From Vicugna vicugna (Eukaryota), in contig MU058153.1 of the NCBI GenBank assembly GCA_013265495.1, positions 310,001 to 372,000 of the forward strand: a stretch of 62,000 nt of DNA. The letters are read 5' to 3'. Made by a program: the position numbers and the translations under genes. How positions within the stretch are numbered: position 1 is the stretch's first letter; each line of letters starts with the position of its first letter. This document shows positions 25,640 through 38,260 of this stretch, piece after piece. The notes beneath the pieces are model-generated. The model saw nothing but the letters and a program-made list of their open reading frames with translations. It made no database searches and had not been told where the DNA came from.

Positions 25640-26790
25640 TGAGATACATGGAATGTGACAGACACAAAAAGGGCTCTGAAAAGGACAGAGCACTAACCAA
25701 GATGGCCTTCACCTTCCCCTCGGCTTGACTGAACTTGAGATCAGCTTCTCCCTGGCTCTAGGTCCCTGACCTCCCTCTCACCCTGGCCCTTACAGAATCC
25801 AGATGGCCTAAATTCCTCTCTTTTCTTGGAGCATTTACTTTAGAAAACTTGTTAATTATTTTTCAATCTTCCAGAGATGTGAAACTTTCCAAAAGGTTCT
25901 GGCTAAAAAGTCTCTGCTTAGATGTAAAATGGACACATAAAATTTGAATCATACTCAAAATATTGACTTTATATATATGTGTGCTATGTATATATAGAAA
26001 TACACATCTATATGTTTATATATATATATATGCTAGTGTATATGACATAGGTATGTTCTATGTAATATATATAAAAACACTGATGCATACAAAAAAAAGG
26101 CCAAAGCTCAGAGGTGACAGATGAATGTCCCTCTGACTGGCCTCAAAGGAGGCACTGTGCCATGGGTGGGATGAGGCCAACCTCAGTTTCCTCATCACCT
26201 GGGCTGCTGCAGATGCAGGTGGGGCTGAGGCACTGGCAGGCACTGAGCGCCACAGTGCTGCTGTCAGCACCTATGCAGGCTGGGGCTCAGGAGGGGCGTG
26301 AGGTGGATGCAGGCAAGAAACGGTGAAGCTCCACCTCCCTGCCCGGAGGAGCAAAGAACCAACTCCGGTTCCTCAGCCAAGGCCTGAGCCAGGGTCTCCA
26401 AGCTTGGGTGTAAGGGGTCCTCCTCAGTGAATGACACTTCCTTTGCTCCACCCACTGAAAAAATAAAAAGGGTTATGTAACTCATGACTGCCTTTTTCAA
26501 GGACTTAGGAGCCATCCCTTTGAAATGCTGTCGTTCAGAAGATAATACCCTTTTCTCCCAATCTCTGTGGGAGATACGAGCCTCATCTCCTACTCCAAGG
26601 TTTCACCCCTATCATGAAGACAAAAGTCTGCTTTTCCTCTGGGAAGGCCAGTTAACAAACACAAGTGATCTATGATCTGCTCCTTCTACTCCGGCTCTTA
26701 GGAAGTTCTCCCCTCCTTTGATTCAGTGGAGCTGAGTTCAGACTGCATTCTGGTTTCTTTGTCCTATTGCAATAGCCTTCTATTACGTTT
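25640..26790 (+). mobile_element. ERV1 solo LTR (MER39/MER34-like) split by a ~550-bp insert
   Basis: ttttcttggagcatttactttagaaaacttgt..gagatgt (5' half) and tttcaaggacttaggagccatccctttgaaatg..tctctgtgggag..cagtggagctgagttcag..ctattgcaatag (3' half). Confidence 0.7.
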
Positions 26791-27399
26791 TCCTACCTGA
26801 TTTTGCCCACTGCCATTTTTGTTTTGATAGCACTCAGGCACATGCTCTGGAAAGTCAGAAGAATGTGTATCTTGGAAAGTTTCCAAACACTGGAGGAACT
26901 TGTGCCAAGTCTTTGGATTTTAATGCGTAGTGTTTTCAGAAGAAAAAGTAGAGAAAGCATAAGATGAAGCAAAATAAGCAGACTTATTAAAAAGAATTCA
27001 TCCACTAGTCAAACAGCAATTCAACAAATGGTTTTTACCAAGTGAAAAAAATGTATTAAAGTTTAAGTTTGAGTTTCTGGCCATTCACAGTGGATAGGTG
27101 ATTGATTGGAGGCTGTGGCTACCAAAATTCCATTGTTATGAGGCTTTCGGGTTCTCCTGGTCTCCTCATGACTCCTCACTATCTTTTGCTTCTCTGGCTT
27201 TTTTCTACCCTTTCCCCCATCTCTATCTCTCTACATCTAGTGTCTTCCTCACTGTGTCTCCTCCTGCAAGAAAAGGGAGCTGGAGCAGAGAGGGGAAGAT
27301 GAGCTCATAGTCAAATCTCAGCCACTGCATCCCCGAAAGGGTGTAAAATTCTGAGCAGAGAAGAAGCAGGAGACTGATGGACACTGAGTAAGGAATACT

Positions 27400-27870
27400 A
27401 AAGGACAATATTCAGTAAAGAACAAAAATATGACACCTCCAAATTAGGGCAATTAAAAAAGGCTTATGAAAAAGGATTATTTAAAAGGTGTCCATAGAGT
27501 GTTGGGAAACCACAAAAAACAGTGTAGTGTGCCAAGACTAGTACCCCAAGAGTAGTCTGCCACCCCTACGCTTGAAAGTTTAAGGTGGGGGAGAAGTTTC
27601 TAGAATATGTGGATGGATGAGCTGTGTGGGGAGAGCTATCTGATAGGAGCTGTGACTTTTAGTCTGTGGACAGTGTCAACCTTGGCTACCACATAGGAAT
27701 GAAAATCCCAGCCTCTTCTTTGCTACTGTTTCCCATTGGCTGAATCCTTCTGAAAGCCAGAGGGCAAGAGAGCCCACTAATGCCACCCACACAGGTCAGT
27801 CTCAGGGCAGAGAGGAGAATGAGGAAGAGAAAAACCTGACCTGAAGGGGCAAATGGAAGATGTTTGGCAT
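27400..27870 (-). mobile_element. Old MaLR LTR (MLT1K/L-like)
   Basis: cccattggctgaatcc..gaaagccagagggcaagagagccc..ggtcagtctc..ctgaaggggcaaatggaagat. Confidence 0.6.
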
Positions 27871-28459
27871 AGATCAAAGGTAAGAACACAGAGGCAGAGA
27901 GAAAGAAGGCCAAAGGATTGAAAACCCATACAGGATTGAAACCCCAAAGAGGGCAGGAAACACCAGGGATTTATAAAAAATGGAATAAAGAACAGAGAGA
28001 AGGAAAACTGAAGCATTGAACTAAGAGAAACAAAGGGATAAGGAATCTGAAAATGGAATTCTAACTCTGCGGCCATCCTGGAATCTGTCAAACCCCTAAA
28101 TAAAAATTATCATGACTGTCATTAATAGAGACAAAGAAGAAAGAAGTCTTTAGGAAGTCAGTATCTTTGGTGAATTTGGCATATTATCATTGACAAATTG
28201 ATATTTTGGCAAATGGAACAGGCTTTCAGTAAATTGATTTTCTTCACATTGGACTGCTTCCAAGCAAAATTGTATAATTAGAGAAGTTTGGGGAACAGTA
28301 GGTTTAGTTTGGCTGAATATTTAGTACCTGGTAGGAAATGTTGATGTGTTATAGAGAGAGACTGGGGCCCATGCCAATCAATAGGCTGTCAAATTCTAAC
28401 CCATTCCTCAACCTCACCATCTTGATAACAGCTGATTGGACTGAAGATAACCAGACAAT

Positions 28460-29220
28460 TTTAATAATAGTGGCTAATATGTATTGAGTATGTGCTATGT
28501 GCCAGGCAGTACACTGAGTGTTTTACATGGATTTCTTTTTCATTTAACCCAGACAGTAACCTGTGCTTTTCATTTTCAGTTGGCCTCCGTCAGCCAGATT
28601 CATCCTCCACTCTGCTCTCTTACCCAGGTGATTGACCTCCACAGAGTTCATCCCTTGTTCTAACTTCTGGTTGGGTTTGATCAGTGAGAGCCATTGGTAA
28701 GAGGTGGAAGAGTGAGAGGAGTAGAATTCGGAGATGTAGGCTCACCTCCATGGGCCCTGCTCCTTGCTGGCATCACCACCTTTCTGGCTGTGGCTGAGCT
28801 CTTTCAGTTCCTATAATAAGGTCCACTCTTCCAAACCTACATATTCTCAACCCAGATCTGCTTACCTATTCTCTTAAGGTCAGAACAGGAAATGAAATGG
28901 TAAAATGAAGTCTTGTCATTGTTCTAGCCCTGAGTGCTTCAGTATTCTCTGTTGATTCCCTTAACCTCACCCACTCCTTCTGTAACTAGTCACTTTATTA
29001 ACCTTCCTTCAAGTGTAAAAGTCACTTCCTGCCAAGACCTTGAAAGTTACATAATCTAATAAGAAAGATATTACACAGATCTTTTTAAAAAATATATAAA
29101 GAAATCAATAGTTAGAAGTATAAAATGTTGGGACTTTTTTTCCCCAAGTCTACACTGGAGTAAGTGACAGGGCTAAAATGTAACGGCAAGTAAGCTTTCA
29201 GAATCTCTTATAATAATCAC
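28460..29220 (-). mobile_element. MIR split by an ERVL LTR (LTR40/41-like, ~28562-29050)
   Basis: MIR part ggctaatatgtattgagtatgtgctatgtgccaggca up to ~28560 and continuation after ~29060; LTR motif cttctggttgggtttgatcagtgagagccattgg between. Confidence 0.55.
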
Positions 29221-29303
29221 TATCCTACATTTCTTCTCAACAGACAGGTTTTGAGGTATGGTCTATACCACAATTTCACCTGGTTCTCAACTATCATCTA
29301 AAG

Positions 29304-29492
29304 CTGCACTGTCTAAAGTAGTAGCCACCAGCCACATGTAGCTAGTAAGCACCTTGTGTCACATGTTGAGATGATAATACTTTAGATGTAATATTATATT
29401 TATTTCTTTTCCCTTTTAAAAAAATGAGGGTACTACTAATTTTTTAAAAATTATGTACATGGCTTGCATTATATTTCTATTGGACAGCATTG
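29304..29492. mobile_element. MER3/MER33-like hAT-Charlie MITE
   Basis: ctgcactgtctaa..gtagccaccagccacatgtagcta ... tggcttgcattatatttctattggacagca (inverted termini). Confidence 0.8.
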
Positions 29493-30109
29493 AAGGGCTG
29501 CCTACTGTCCTTTGAGGTGGTTTGGAATAGTGACCATTCTCTCCAGTGTGAATAATTCAAACTAGGGAGAAATTTTTTCAATTAGATCCTGTCTCAGAGA
29601 GTTTTGTGTGTATGACATATAGAGCATAACAGAATTAAGCAACAGAAGTGAAATTCAAAAGACACACAAAAAGAAGACATTAAACAAAAGTTGTGAATTT
29701 CCACATACCTGAACAGTCATCATCCATGCAGTAAAGACAGTAAAGAAAACTTAGTTGCTGGAGTATGACTAGTAGAAACAGACCTGGAGATGAGTTATTC
29801 AGCATATTAATGAAACAATATTGGAATGGAACGATGATGAATTTCTTTTTGCCATATAAGAGAAAAGATAATGTCTTGTTAATCAGATCAACTCCATTTT
29901 TTTTTCTCAATCATATTCTGATTCTCTGTAAAGGCTGGCTTTTCAGGAAGTCAACACTGTTTTCTCATTTTTACCTCTCATATGTTCTCATGATCAAGCC
30001 CCAGTGATTAAGGGGCCCTCATTATCTGTCTTTCTATTTTGGGAGAGTCTAAAATAATCTAGAACCATATGATGGAGGGATTTGAGTGCAATACCTATCA
30101 TGGAGGGAC

Positions 30110-30776
30110 GTCAGCTCAAGTCAAGCAGGAACATCGGTGCAAGTTCAAGCGTCCCTACGATCACCTTCACTTCTGACACTATTGCCAGTTCAGGGCTCCC
30201 CAAGACCACCCTCAGGACTGATACTTTTTCAGAAGGGCTCTCAGAACTCACCGTAAACTTATACTGATGGTTGCAGTTTACTACAATGAAAAGATACAGA
30301 TTCAAATCAGACAAAAGGAAAAGAACATAGGGCATGGTCCTAGAGAGTTCTGTGTGTGGAGTTTCCAATTATCCTATTCCAATGGAGTTGTATAGACAGT
30401 GCTTTCTTCTCCCAACAATATGTGAAACAATTTGCATGGAATATTGGCAACAGGGAAGTTCATCCAGGTCTTTGTGTTTAGAGATTTTATTGGGGCTTAT
30501 TCCCATGGACATAGTTGGTTACACACATGACTGACTTTAGGGGGCCTCCAGCCCCTCCAGATGTTGAGCTGAGAAGTATAGTCCAACCTCCCTGCTACCT
30601 GCCACCATAAATCACATGTTTGTTAGCACAGACTACTTGATGTGGCTCAAGGTCCTCAAGTAAACAAAGACCCACCTTTCAGGCAGGGCATACTAAGGGC
30701 TTAGAAGTTATACCTCTTAGGAGCCAAGGCAAAGAGCCAAACATTTCTCAGGAATAACTTAATTCTTTACTGCACA
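30110..30776 (-). mobile_element. ERV LTR (MER21-like)
   Basis: cacttctgacac..ccccaagaccaccctcagg..ctcagaactcac..tttactacaatgaaaagatacagatt..ccataaatcacat..ttaattctttactgcaca. Confidence 0.7.
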
Positions 30777-31759
30777 GAGGACCTTGAATACTATGACCTA
30801 TGATGGAGACACTTGACTTTAATGATATCTCTCTGCACTTATTGAGGGAGGTGATAGGGGATCCCTTGAATAAACATTTTTTTCCTTGGTGCCAATATTG
30901 ATATGAAAAGAAAATAAAGCATTTAACCTGCTGTGTGTTCTTCTACGTACTCGCTTTTCCCTTCTATTTTACCACTATTTTAATTGCCCCTCCTCTTATT
31001 GCTATTTCCCTTTTGTCAACAGTGCATCCCTTCAGTAACGTTGAACTCTTTGTGGTGACCCAGTAATTTATGCAGAAAAGAGACTAAGCTTCATTTTCCT
31101 TACAGAACCTTAGAAAATGCTTTTATCTTGTGCTTTGACCAATATTATAGGGAGAAAGAATACAGCCTTTCAGATGCAGCTCAAATATATAAATTTTCTC
31201 ATTTATATTGGTCAATTCCTTTTCTAGTAATAGCGATTTCTCTCCCCTAAAGATTCATAACACATAAAGAGATGGACAAATACTTCTATTTCCATAATAT
31301 TTCATCAAGGAAATCATCCAAAGATTATATGGAGCTTTGATATAAAACAGTCAATGAACATAAGATCATCTTTTAATCAGAGTCCGTTTGATTTTGTGGT
31401 TTGAGTCTGAGGTATCCCTCCACCCCAAATTTCAGAGGTAATTGAGAGGATGACTTTAGAATTTCATGTATCCTATATTGCAAATAAAAGGAAGTAAAAA
31501 TAATCAGCTGTATCTATTACCTATGGAGCCCTAAGATATTCTAAGATAAAAGGTAATGTAGACTGTCATTGGGAATTTTAGATAATGAAAAAGAGAAATA
31601 AGCAAAAACAAAGGGGTCTAGAATAACGGGAGCCCTACAGTAAGGCAGGCTGAGATACGCTCTGCCTGCTAAGCCTTATTCCATTGGAGGGTCCTTTTTT
31701 GACATCTTCTCACCTCTTTAGGCTTCCTTCCTTCCTCTTGAAGTTAGGAACCTCATTGC

Positions 31760-32167
31760 ATGAGGTTATTAAAAAATGCTGTTTATTAACCATTTCTCCC
31801 TGTCACTTTACAGCCACTGGAGTGGATTCTATTTCTTGGACTCCTTTGTTTGGTTGGGGCAAGTGACAGTTCTAGCCAATGAGTAATAAGCAGAAGTAAT
31901 ATGTATCACTTCCACCAGGAGAATTTAATTGACTATGCAAAGACCCTCCAGAGCTTTCTTTTTCTGTGTTACAACAACTTTTGATTTCCTGACACTGATT
32001 TCTACATTAGCATGGAATGCACTGACAGTGAGCAGAGTGAGTGCCCAACCAATCAGAGACTGACAGATAGTATAAGTGAGGCATATACCACTGCCTACTG
32101 TTGTTTTAAGTCAGTGATATTTGGGTTTTTGCAGCAGCATAATCTAGCCTGTCCTCATTGATATACA
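31760..32167 (+). mobile_element. MaLR LTR (MLT1H/I/J-like)
   Basis: gtgacagttctagccaatgag..gcagaagtaatatgtatcacttcc..ttgttttaag..gcagcagcataatctagcctgtcct..gatataca. Confidence 0.7.
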
Positions 32168-33559
32168 CAGCCATGAGAAATAATAGGCTCAGTGAGCCTA
32201 GAAATCATAATAAATAAAATTTACTCTTTTCCCTAAGTGTTAACCCCCAAAATGGTATATGAAGCTGGACGCTGTCTGTATTACACATTTAGACCTCTGG
32301 AAATGATGATTCAAATTATGTTGATTATACTGTATAATGAAGAAATATGACTCTCGCCTCATTCAAGTGGACCCCAGCAGTTACCATGGCTCAAAATAAA
32401 ACTACCTCATTCTGTACATTGCTAAGGATTATTGAAAGGTGTGGAGATATGATCAAAATACCTTTCTGAAGCTTTCAGGCATCCAGGGAGAGAAGGTTAT
32501 TTAGAGTGAATGAAGTCTTATTGGATGTTTGTTTATTTGCAGAATGGGTGTGGATTGGTTTCTAGGGTAGCCTGTCTTCCATCAGCTCTGCTGCTGAATA
32601 CCAGGACCTTACTTTTCATTTATTGTTTTCACTAATTTCCCTGAAGTATAATTTTTCAATGTATTTAAATTAGTCTGGTATTTAACTTGTTTTTTACCTT
32701 TAACTTGTTACAGATAATGAGTTAAAGTGGCAGAAAAAAATCAACTTGCTAGAAGCTGTTCTTTTACTTACTCAGTTGTTAGTCTTTGATGGGAGGATCG
32801 TTTCCTAGAGAGACAGTTTTAAAAGCTGAGATATAAACCTAGGGAGGTAGACCAAAAGGATGGCAGTATGACCGGTAAAGGTACACAGCTCTTAATTCCA
32901 GAAATGTTAAGAGTACCATCACGGCTTTGTGCAGGAGGGAGTATGTGTACACAAAGAGAGATGCGGATAGATCCCAGGGCCTTTAAAATGAATCGATCAA
33001 TAAGACAGAATTTATGAATCTCCTGTGCTGTTTGACCTCAGATAATGGGAGTTCCCTTTTACCCTCTACAGTCATCTAATAAAAATATTGAATAGCTATA
33101 TATTTTTGTTGTCAAATTTAGAAGGCATCTGTTACCACAGTTACTCTGTTTGTAGACGCCAAGGGGAAAATCTGCATATGCATTATTGCTGAACCAGGTC
33201 TCTTTTAAGGCTCCCAGGGTTTCAATATTATGACCCAAATCAGGCAAATAAATGAGTAATAATGACAAACTGTAGATATAATAGGTGAGCTTTGGAACCT
33301 GCTACCTGATTAATGACAGGATTCCTGGGATTGGTGGAAAATGTCATCATTAAGGGACTATCTAACAGCCCAGAGATCAGACCATATGCATATTATCCTG
33401 CCTGTTTACAACACCATCAGAAACCTATCTTGCAGAGTTGAAGCAATTGTTAGAAGTAAATGAGCAACAAAACCATAGACTCATTATTATGATGAGTTTT
33501 CCCATCAGAGACAGAGGTCCCTATCTCAGCAATGTCATGTTCTACTAAGGCAGGGTACC

Positions 33560-33800
33560 AGTTCATTCCTATAACAAGTATTTATTAGGTGCCTGCTGAG
33601 TATCAAACTTTCTTTTTTTAACTAGGCACTAACTTTGTGGAACCAAGCAGACAAATAAGCAAGAGGCATTGTCCCTGCCCTCACTGAGCTTACAGATTAA
33701 TAAAGAGGAGGCAACATGAATCAGAAGGTCAAGAAGTAAATGAACTGTGATAGTCATTGTGAAGGACAGTATATTGTGGGAATCACTGACCTAGATAGAC
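33560..33800 (-). mobile_element. L2 3' end fragment
   Basis: ttcattcc..aacaagtatttattaggtgcctgct..gtccctgccctcactgagcttacag. Confidence 0.65.
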
Positions 33801-35973
33801 TCTTCTCTGTACGAGAGAGCTGATACTGATACCTGTCTCCCAGGATTACTATGGAGATTAAAAGAGTGAATACTATTAACAGCTGACACAAAATAAGGAC
33901 AGCATACATTTTCTCCTTTCTATTTTCTTTATTCCTCTAAATGCAAGCCATTAATTTCCAGATATTTTTTCTGCTTACTGCTGGATTCTGAAGTGTTATG
34001 AATGGCCTTTATTAGAAAGAAAATGCTAATGATCATATTTGATCTACCTAGTACACTCCTCACTGGTAACAGTCTTGGCAGTTGCAGCCTCCTTTCTCAC
34101 TCTAGCCCCCCAACTGTATTTTTTGAGAAGGCTCCCATTTGGCAAATTTATTTTCCCAAACGTGTAAGATGAAAGAAACTTTCAATGAAAGTTGTCACAA
34201 CTGCATATTGCAAACACAGTACCCAAGATGATTCAGGAACTTTATAGTAAATCTCAGTGTAGAAAGAGAGAAATTTCAATGGTGTGGGAAATATAAGAAT
34301 GCAATTATGGAAGACATTGAAACTCAGTAGTAGAAACAGAATTCTCCATTAGGCCTCATCTAGTTCTTTTTGAGATGAATGAACAATGAAACACAAGCAA
34401 ATGAAATTTAATAACTCACTTTTTAAGAATAATTCACAGATGCTTTTTGGGGAAGGCTACCAGAATTAAAAGACTTGCCTCGTTATAGACAACACCTTTA
34501 ATCTACTTTTAGTTCTGAAATAGGGTAGGATGCATACCCTGTTGGTCTAACAGTTACAATATGAAAAGACAGCTAAGATGCTGATGGTTGGGAGCAATGT
34601 GTGGAAAGATAATGCAATTGAGAGCCCTTTTGTCTGTAAGAACTGAGAGTTAAATCATGCTCTTTGTTACTGACCCTTGTGTTTAGGAACTGTGCTGTGC
34701 TTCATAGCTTCTGTTTTCAATGGAGGCGTGTCTTGGGAAGGAGCATGCATTTAGAAGGTAGTGGGCTGGGGAGGAGAAGGCAACAGTGTTTCTACACATC
34801 ATAAACTCTTGCCTCTTATAGAGGATTAGACTATAGGAATCCAACCTGCAACCTAGATGTCTCATACATACATACATGGTAACATCATCTATGTCTGTAT
34901 CTGTATCTGTATCTATATCTATATATTTCTATATATGACATCATCTGTATATGCGATGATGTCTATATATATATAATCATCTATATATATGATGATTACC
35001 ATGGACATAGGAATTGAACCTGCAGTCAAGACCTCATCCCTATCCATAGCTTGCTCAGGCTAAGTGAACTAAGTAGATTATAAAGCCTGAGGCCTAAGGA
35101 AAAATATGGTAAACTTCTGGTCAAGTGAAGTACTTGAGAAATAAGTGAGCCTTACGGGGATGTCTCTTTTTCTGCAAGTGGGAGAATATAGCAGCTAACC
35201 CAAAAGAGCTGTAGGTAAAGATTTTCATTTTTTATAGCAGTGCTCCCAAAGTGTGGTATGCCTTAGGGAAAGGATATGAAACATAAAGCAGGAGAGAAAG
35301 AGGCTTTTTACGACTATATGGTTTAAAATTCTTGGGCTCCTAAGGGAATCTCACTGTTGGCATATAGGAAAAACTTGGAGAGAAAGCAGTATAAGTTTAA
35401 GTTTCACTTGCTCCCATCTACTCATTTCTGTCTATTCTTCATAGTAGGAAAGGATTTTCTAGGATGAGAGAAAAATGAGAGGGGGAAAAATGAGGCAGAA
35501 TTGAGGCTAGATCTCAGAGGAAGGGGCCCTGTGCCCATTTCCTGCACAGGTTCTAGGAGGTGATGAACCGTCAGATACATTTACAGGGCTGGAAAACAAA
35601 GAGGCTTGTGCCCTGCAGTGGGGTTACAAAGTAGTTGAGGGAAGGAGGAGGCCAGGTCTGTCCTGGGCACAGGCAGTAAAGGCATGTATTGTCTGACAAG
35701 AACTGAGCAATGGCAATAAAACCAACTAGAAGTCTGCTTTTTATTATCACCGTGTGCAGGTTATTCTAAACAATGTCAGTAATAAAATGCTTCCCCCAGA
35801 AAAGAACAAAACAAAACTTTTTTTCTAAATAATTGCTATACTTCATGTTGAGTTTTAATAATACATACCTAAGCTTACAATTAGTTCATACTTTTTAAAA
35901 AAGTTGTTATTTAATAAATACTGTGTTCTACGTAGAAGTTGTTCAGAGAACTCCCTGTTATTCCGTTGGCCTC

Positions 35974-36408
35974 TGTAGTGGCTTATTGGTGTCCCCTGAA
36001 AAGTTATGTGCATATCTTAATTCCCAGAACCTGTGTGAATTTTGAAAAGTGGTCTCTGCAGATGTAATTAAATTTCTTGAGATGAGACCATATGGATTAT
36101 TGAGGAAAGAGGATCCCAAATCCAATGACAGGTACACTTTTGGGAGACACATAGGAGAGAAATACATGGAGAAGAGGATAGACTATATGAGGACACTGGT
36201 AGAGATGCAGACACGAGCCCAGGAATGCTGACAATTACCAGAAGCCAGACGACACTAGGGGCTGAATCTTCCTTAGAGTCTGTGGGGGAGTGTGGCCCTG
36301 CCAACACCTTGGTTTTGGATTTCTGGTATTCAGAACTATGAGAAAGTGAATTTCAATTATTTTAAACCATCAAGTAATTTTGTACAGCAGTCCTAGGAAA
36401 CTAATAGA
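35974..36408 (+). mobile_element. MaLR solo LTR (MLT1B-like) nested in the Arthur1-like element
   Basis: tgtagtgg..ggtgtcccc..cccagaacctgtg..tctctgcagatgtaattaa..tggccctgccaacaccttg..cagcagtcctaggaaactaata. Confidence 0.85.
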
Positions 36409-36997
36409 ACCCCCAGCCCACATGCCCAGCTGCAGGCAGTCATTCCTAGAGTAACTCTGTGAAGGTTTAGACTCATTCCAATGCCCTTCTGCAGAGGTTA
36501 ACTCCATATACTTTGTTTAAAGAGAATATTCAAAATAAACAGTAATAAATGTAATAAAAACATGGTTTTAATAAAGACTAGGAAACAGAACTTCAACTAT
36601 TTTACTTCTGCCATAGGGTGTGACTAATGGAATTTTTATTTGTGTTTAAAATTTAAAAGAGTTCAATAGAGCATGAACTGTGAGGTATATTTTTGTTGGT
36701 TGGGTGTACAGTTTAGTTCATGCATGAAATATATTTTACTGAATTTAAATATCTTTAACATAGAGATTTTTCATCTCTTTACTGTAATTACTGAATTATG
36801 ATAGTGTTATCACAGCAGTAGAGCACTATTTATTTTAAATTTTCTCCAAAGAAACATTAGTGTAATTAGGAAGTATAAATTTATTACTCTTTTTCTTTCT
36901 TTGTATTGTTATACTTACTGTTTATTTCTTTATTGATATGGTCATGTATACAAAGTTTAGCAAAAGAAAATGTTCACTGAATGTATTTTTTCTGACC

Positions 36998-37149
36998 TTT
37001 TTTAAATTGAAATATAGTTAATTTACAATGTGTTAATTTCAAGTGTACAGCAAAGTGATTCAGTCATACATAGATTCTTTTCCATTATAGGTTATTATAA
37101 GATATTGAATAGAGTTCCCTGTGACGTACAGGTCCTTGTTGTTTACCTA
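36998..37149 (-). mobile_element. Short L1 3' end (artiodactyl-type) nested in the Arthur1-like element
   Basis: ttttaaattgaaatatagttaatttacaatgtgttaatttcaagtgtacagcaaagtgattcagt..ttccattataggttattataagatattgaat; TSD-like tgacc at 36993 and 37150. Confidence 0.8.
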
Positions 37150-38039
37150 TGACCATTATTATTATTCATGTCATTTCATTATTACTTGACAATAATTTTG
37201 ATGTATAAAGGATGAGTTTTCAAAACAAGTTCTCTGGGATGCAAATATGCTATGCATGCCCTACTGCTAGCCCATTGTCCAGTTAGAGCCCAGTGACAGG
37301 GCAAGACCCTACAGGAGAAACGGCAAGTGCTCTACTTGGCAGTTGAGGTTGTAGTGTCACTGACGACCTCCTGTCCCAGTATGTTTGGAATCAGGAGAAA
37401 GATTTCCTTGTGACCCACAGTGGTAATAATACAGTTAAGAAAGTCACTGAACCTGTAGTGGGCTCTGTGGTCACTTTCATGAACTAAAGTCTAAACAGCA
37501 CAAAATGATGCTGACCTTAGTGGATGTTGGTCCGGATAGTTATTTGGAACCACTCCTCTTCACAGTTCACCATAAACACCTTTGTAAGCCTTCTCAAATT
37601 CCATAATGAAGGAAGTAGGGTAGGACATCCAACTGACTGAGGTATATTTATACCTCCTTTGCAGAGTAAAAGCTTATAGAAATTTAGCTAAGTTAGATAA
37701 AGTTACTTTCCTTGCTCGCCTTGCAGTGGACTAGTATTCATATAGTATACATTTCCCAGGAAAGTAAACTGAGATTTAGATTAGGTGACTTGTCTAAGGT
37801 CTCACACATAATTGAAGAGAGAACTAAGGTTCTAAAGCAGGTCCTTCTCATTCTAAGAACCCCATTTTTTATACTATGTTAGGCTGTCACTCCAGAAACT
37901 ACCAAGACTTCTGATTCATGGAAAAAGGATAAACTGGGACCATTCCGGAGGTGGGACAAAGTGTCTTCCCTAGAAGAATTTAGAATTATCTCCTCCTAAA
38001 GTTTTGGTTATTTTTATCTTTCTCTTACCTTGGAGGAGC

Positions 38040-38260
38040 AGGATTGCTGAGTGGCAAGATGGATTCAAACACAGATGGTTTTCAAATCACAGCTTTACCT
38101 CTCATCAGCTGTGTGATCTTGGGGACATTTCTCTACCTCTCAGTATATTTTATTCTTATCTCTTATATGAGGAGGGAAATAACCCAGAGAAATGCAGAGA
38201 TTAGAAATTGCAAATACAAAGCATCTGGAACCTGATAGGGCATTACAAACTGGAGGTATT
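38040..38260 (+). mobile_element. MIR SINE
   Basis: tcaaatcacagctttacc..cagctgtgtgatcttgggg..acctctcag. Confidence 0.6.

Larger units (their letters stand above)
35616..37266 (+). mobile_element. hAT-Tip100 DNA transposon (Arthur1-like) with two nested retroelements
   Basis: caggcagtaaagg..attgtctg..aataaaaccaactagaagtctgctttttattatcaccgtgtgc..attctaaacaatgtcagt; CAGTG...CTACTG termini. Confidence 0.7.
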
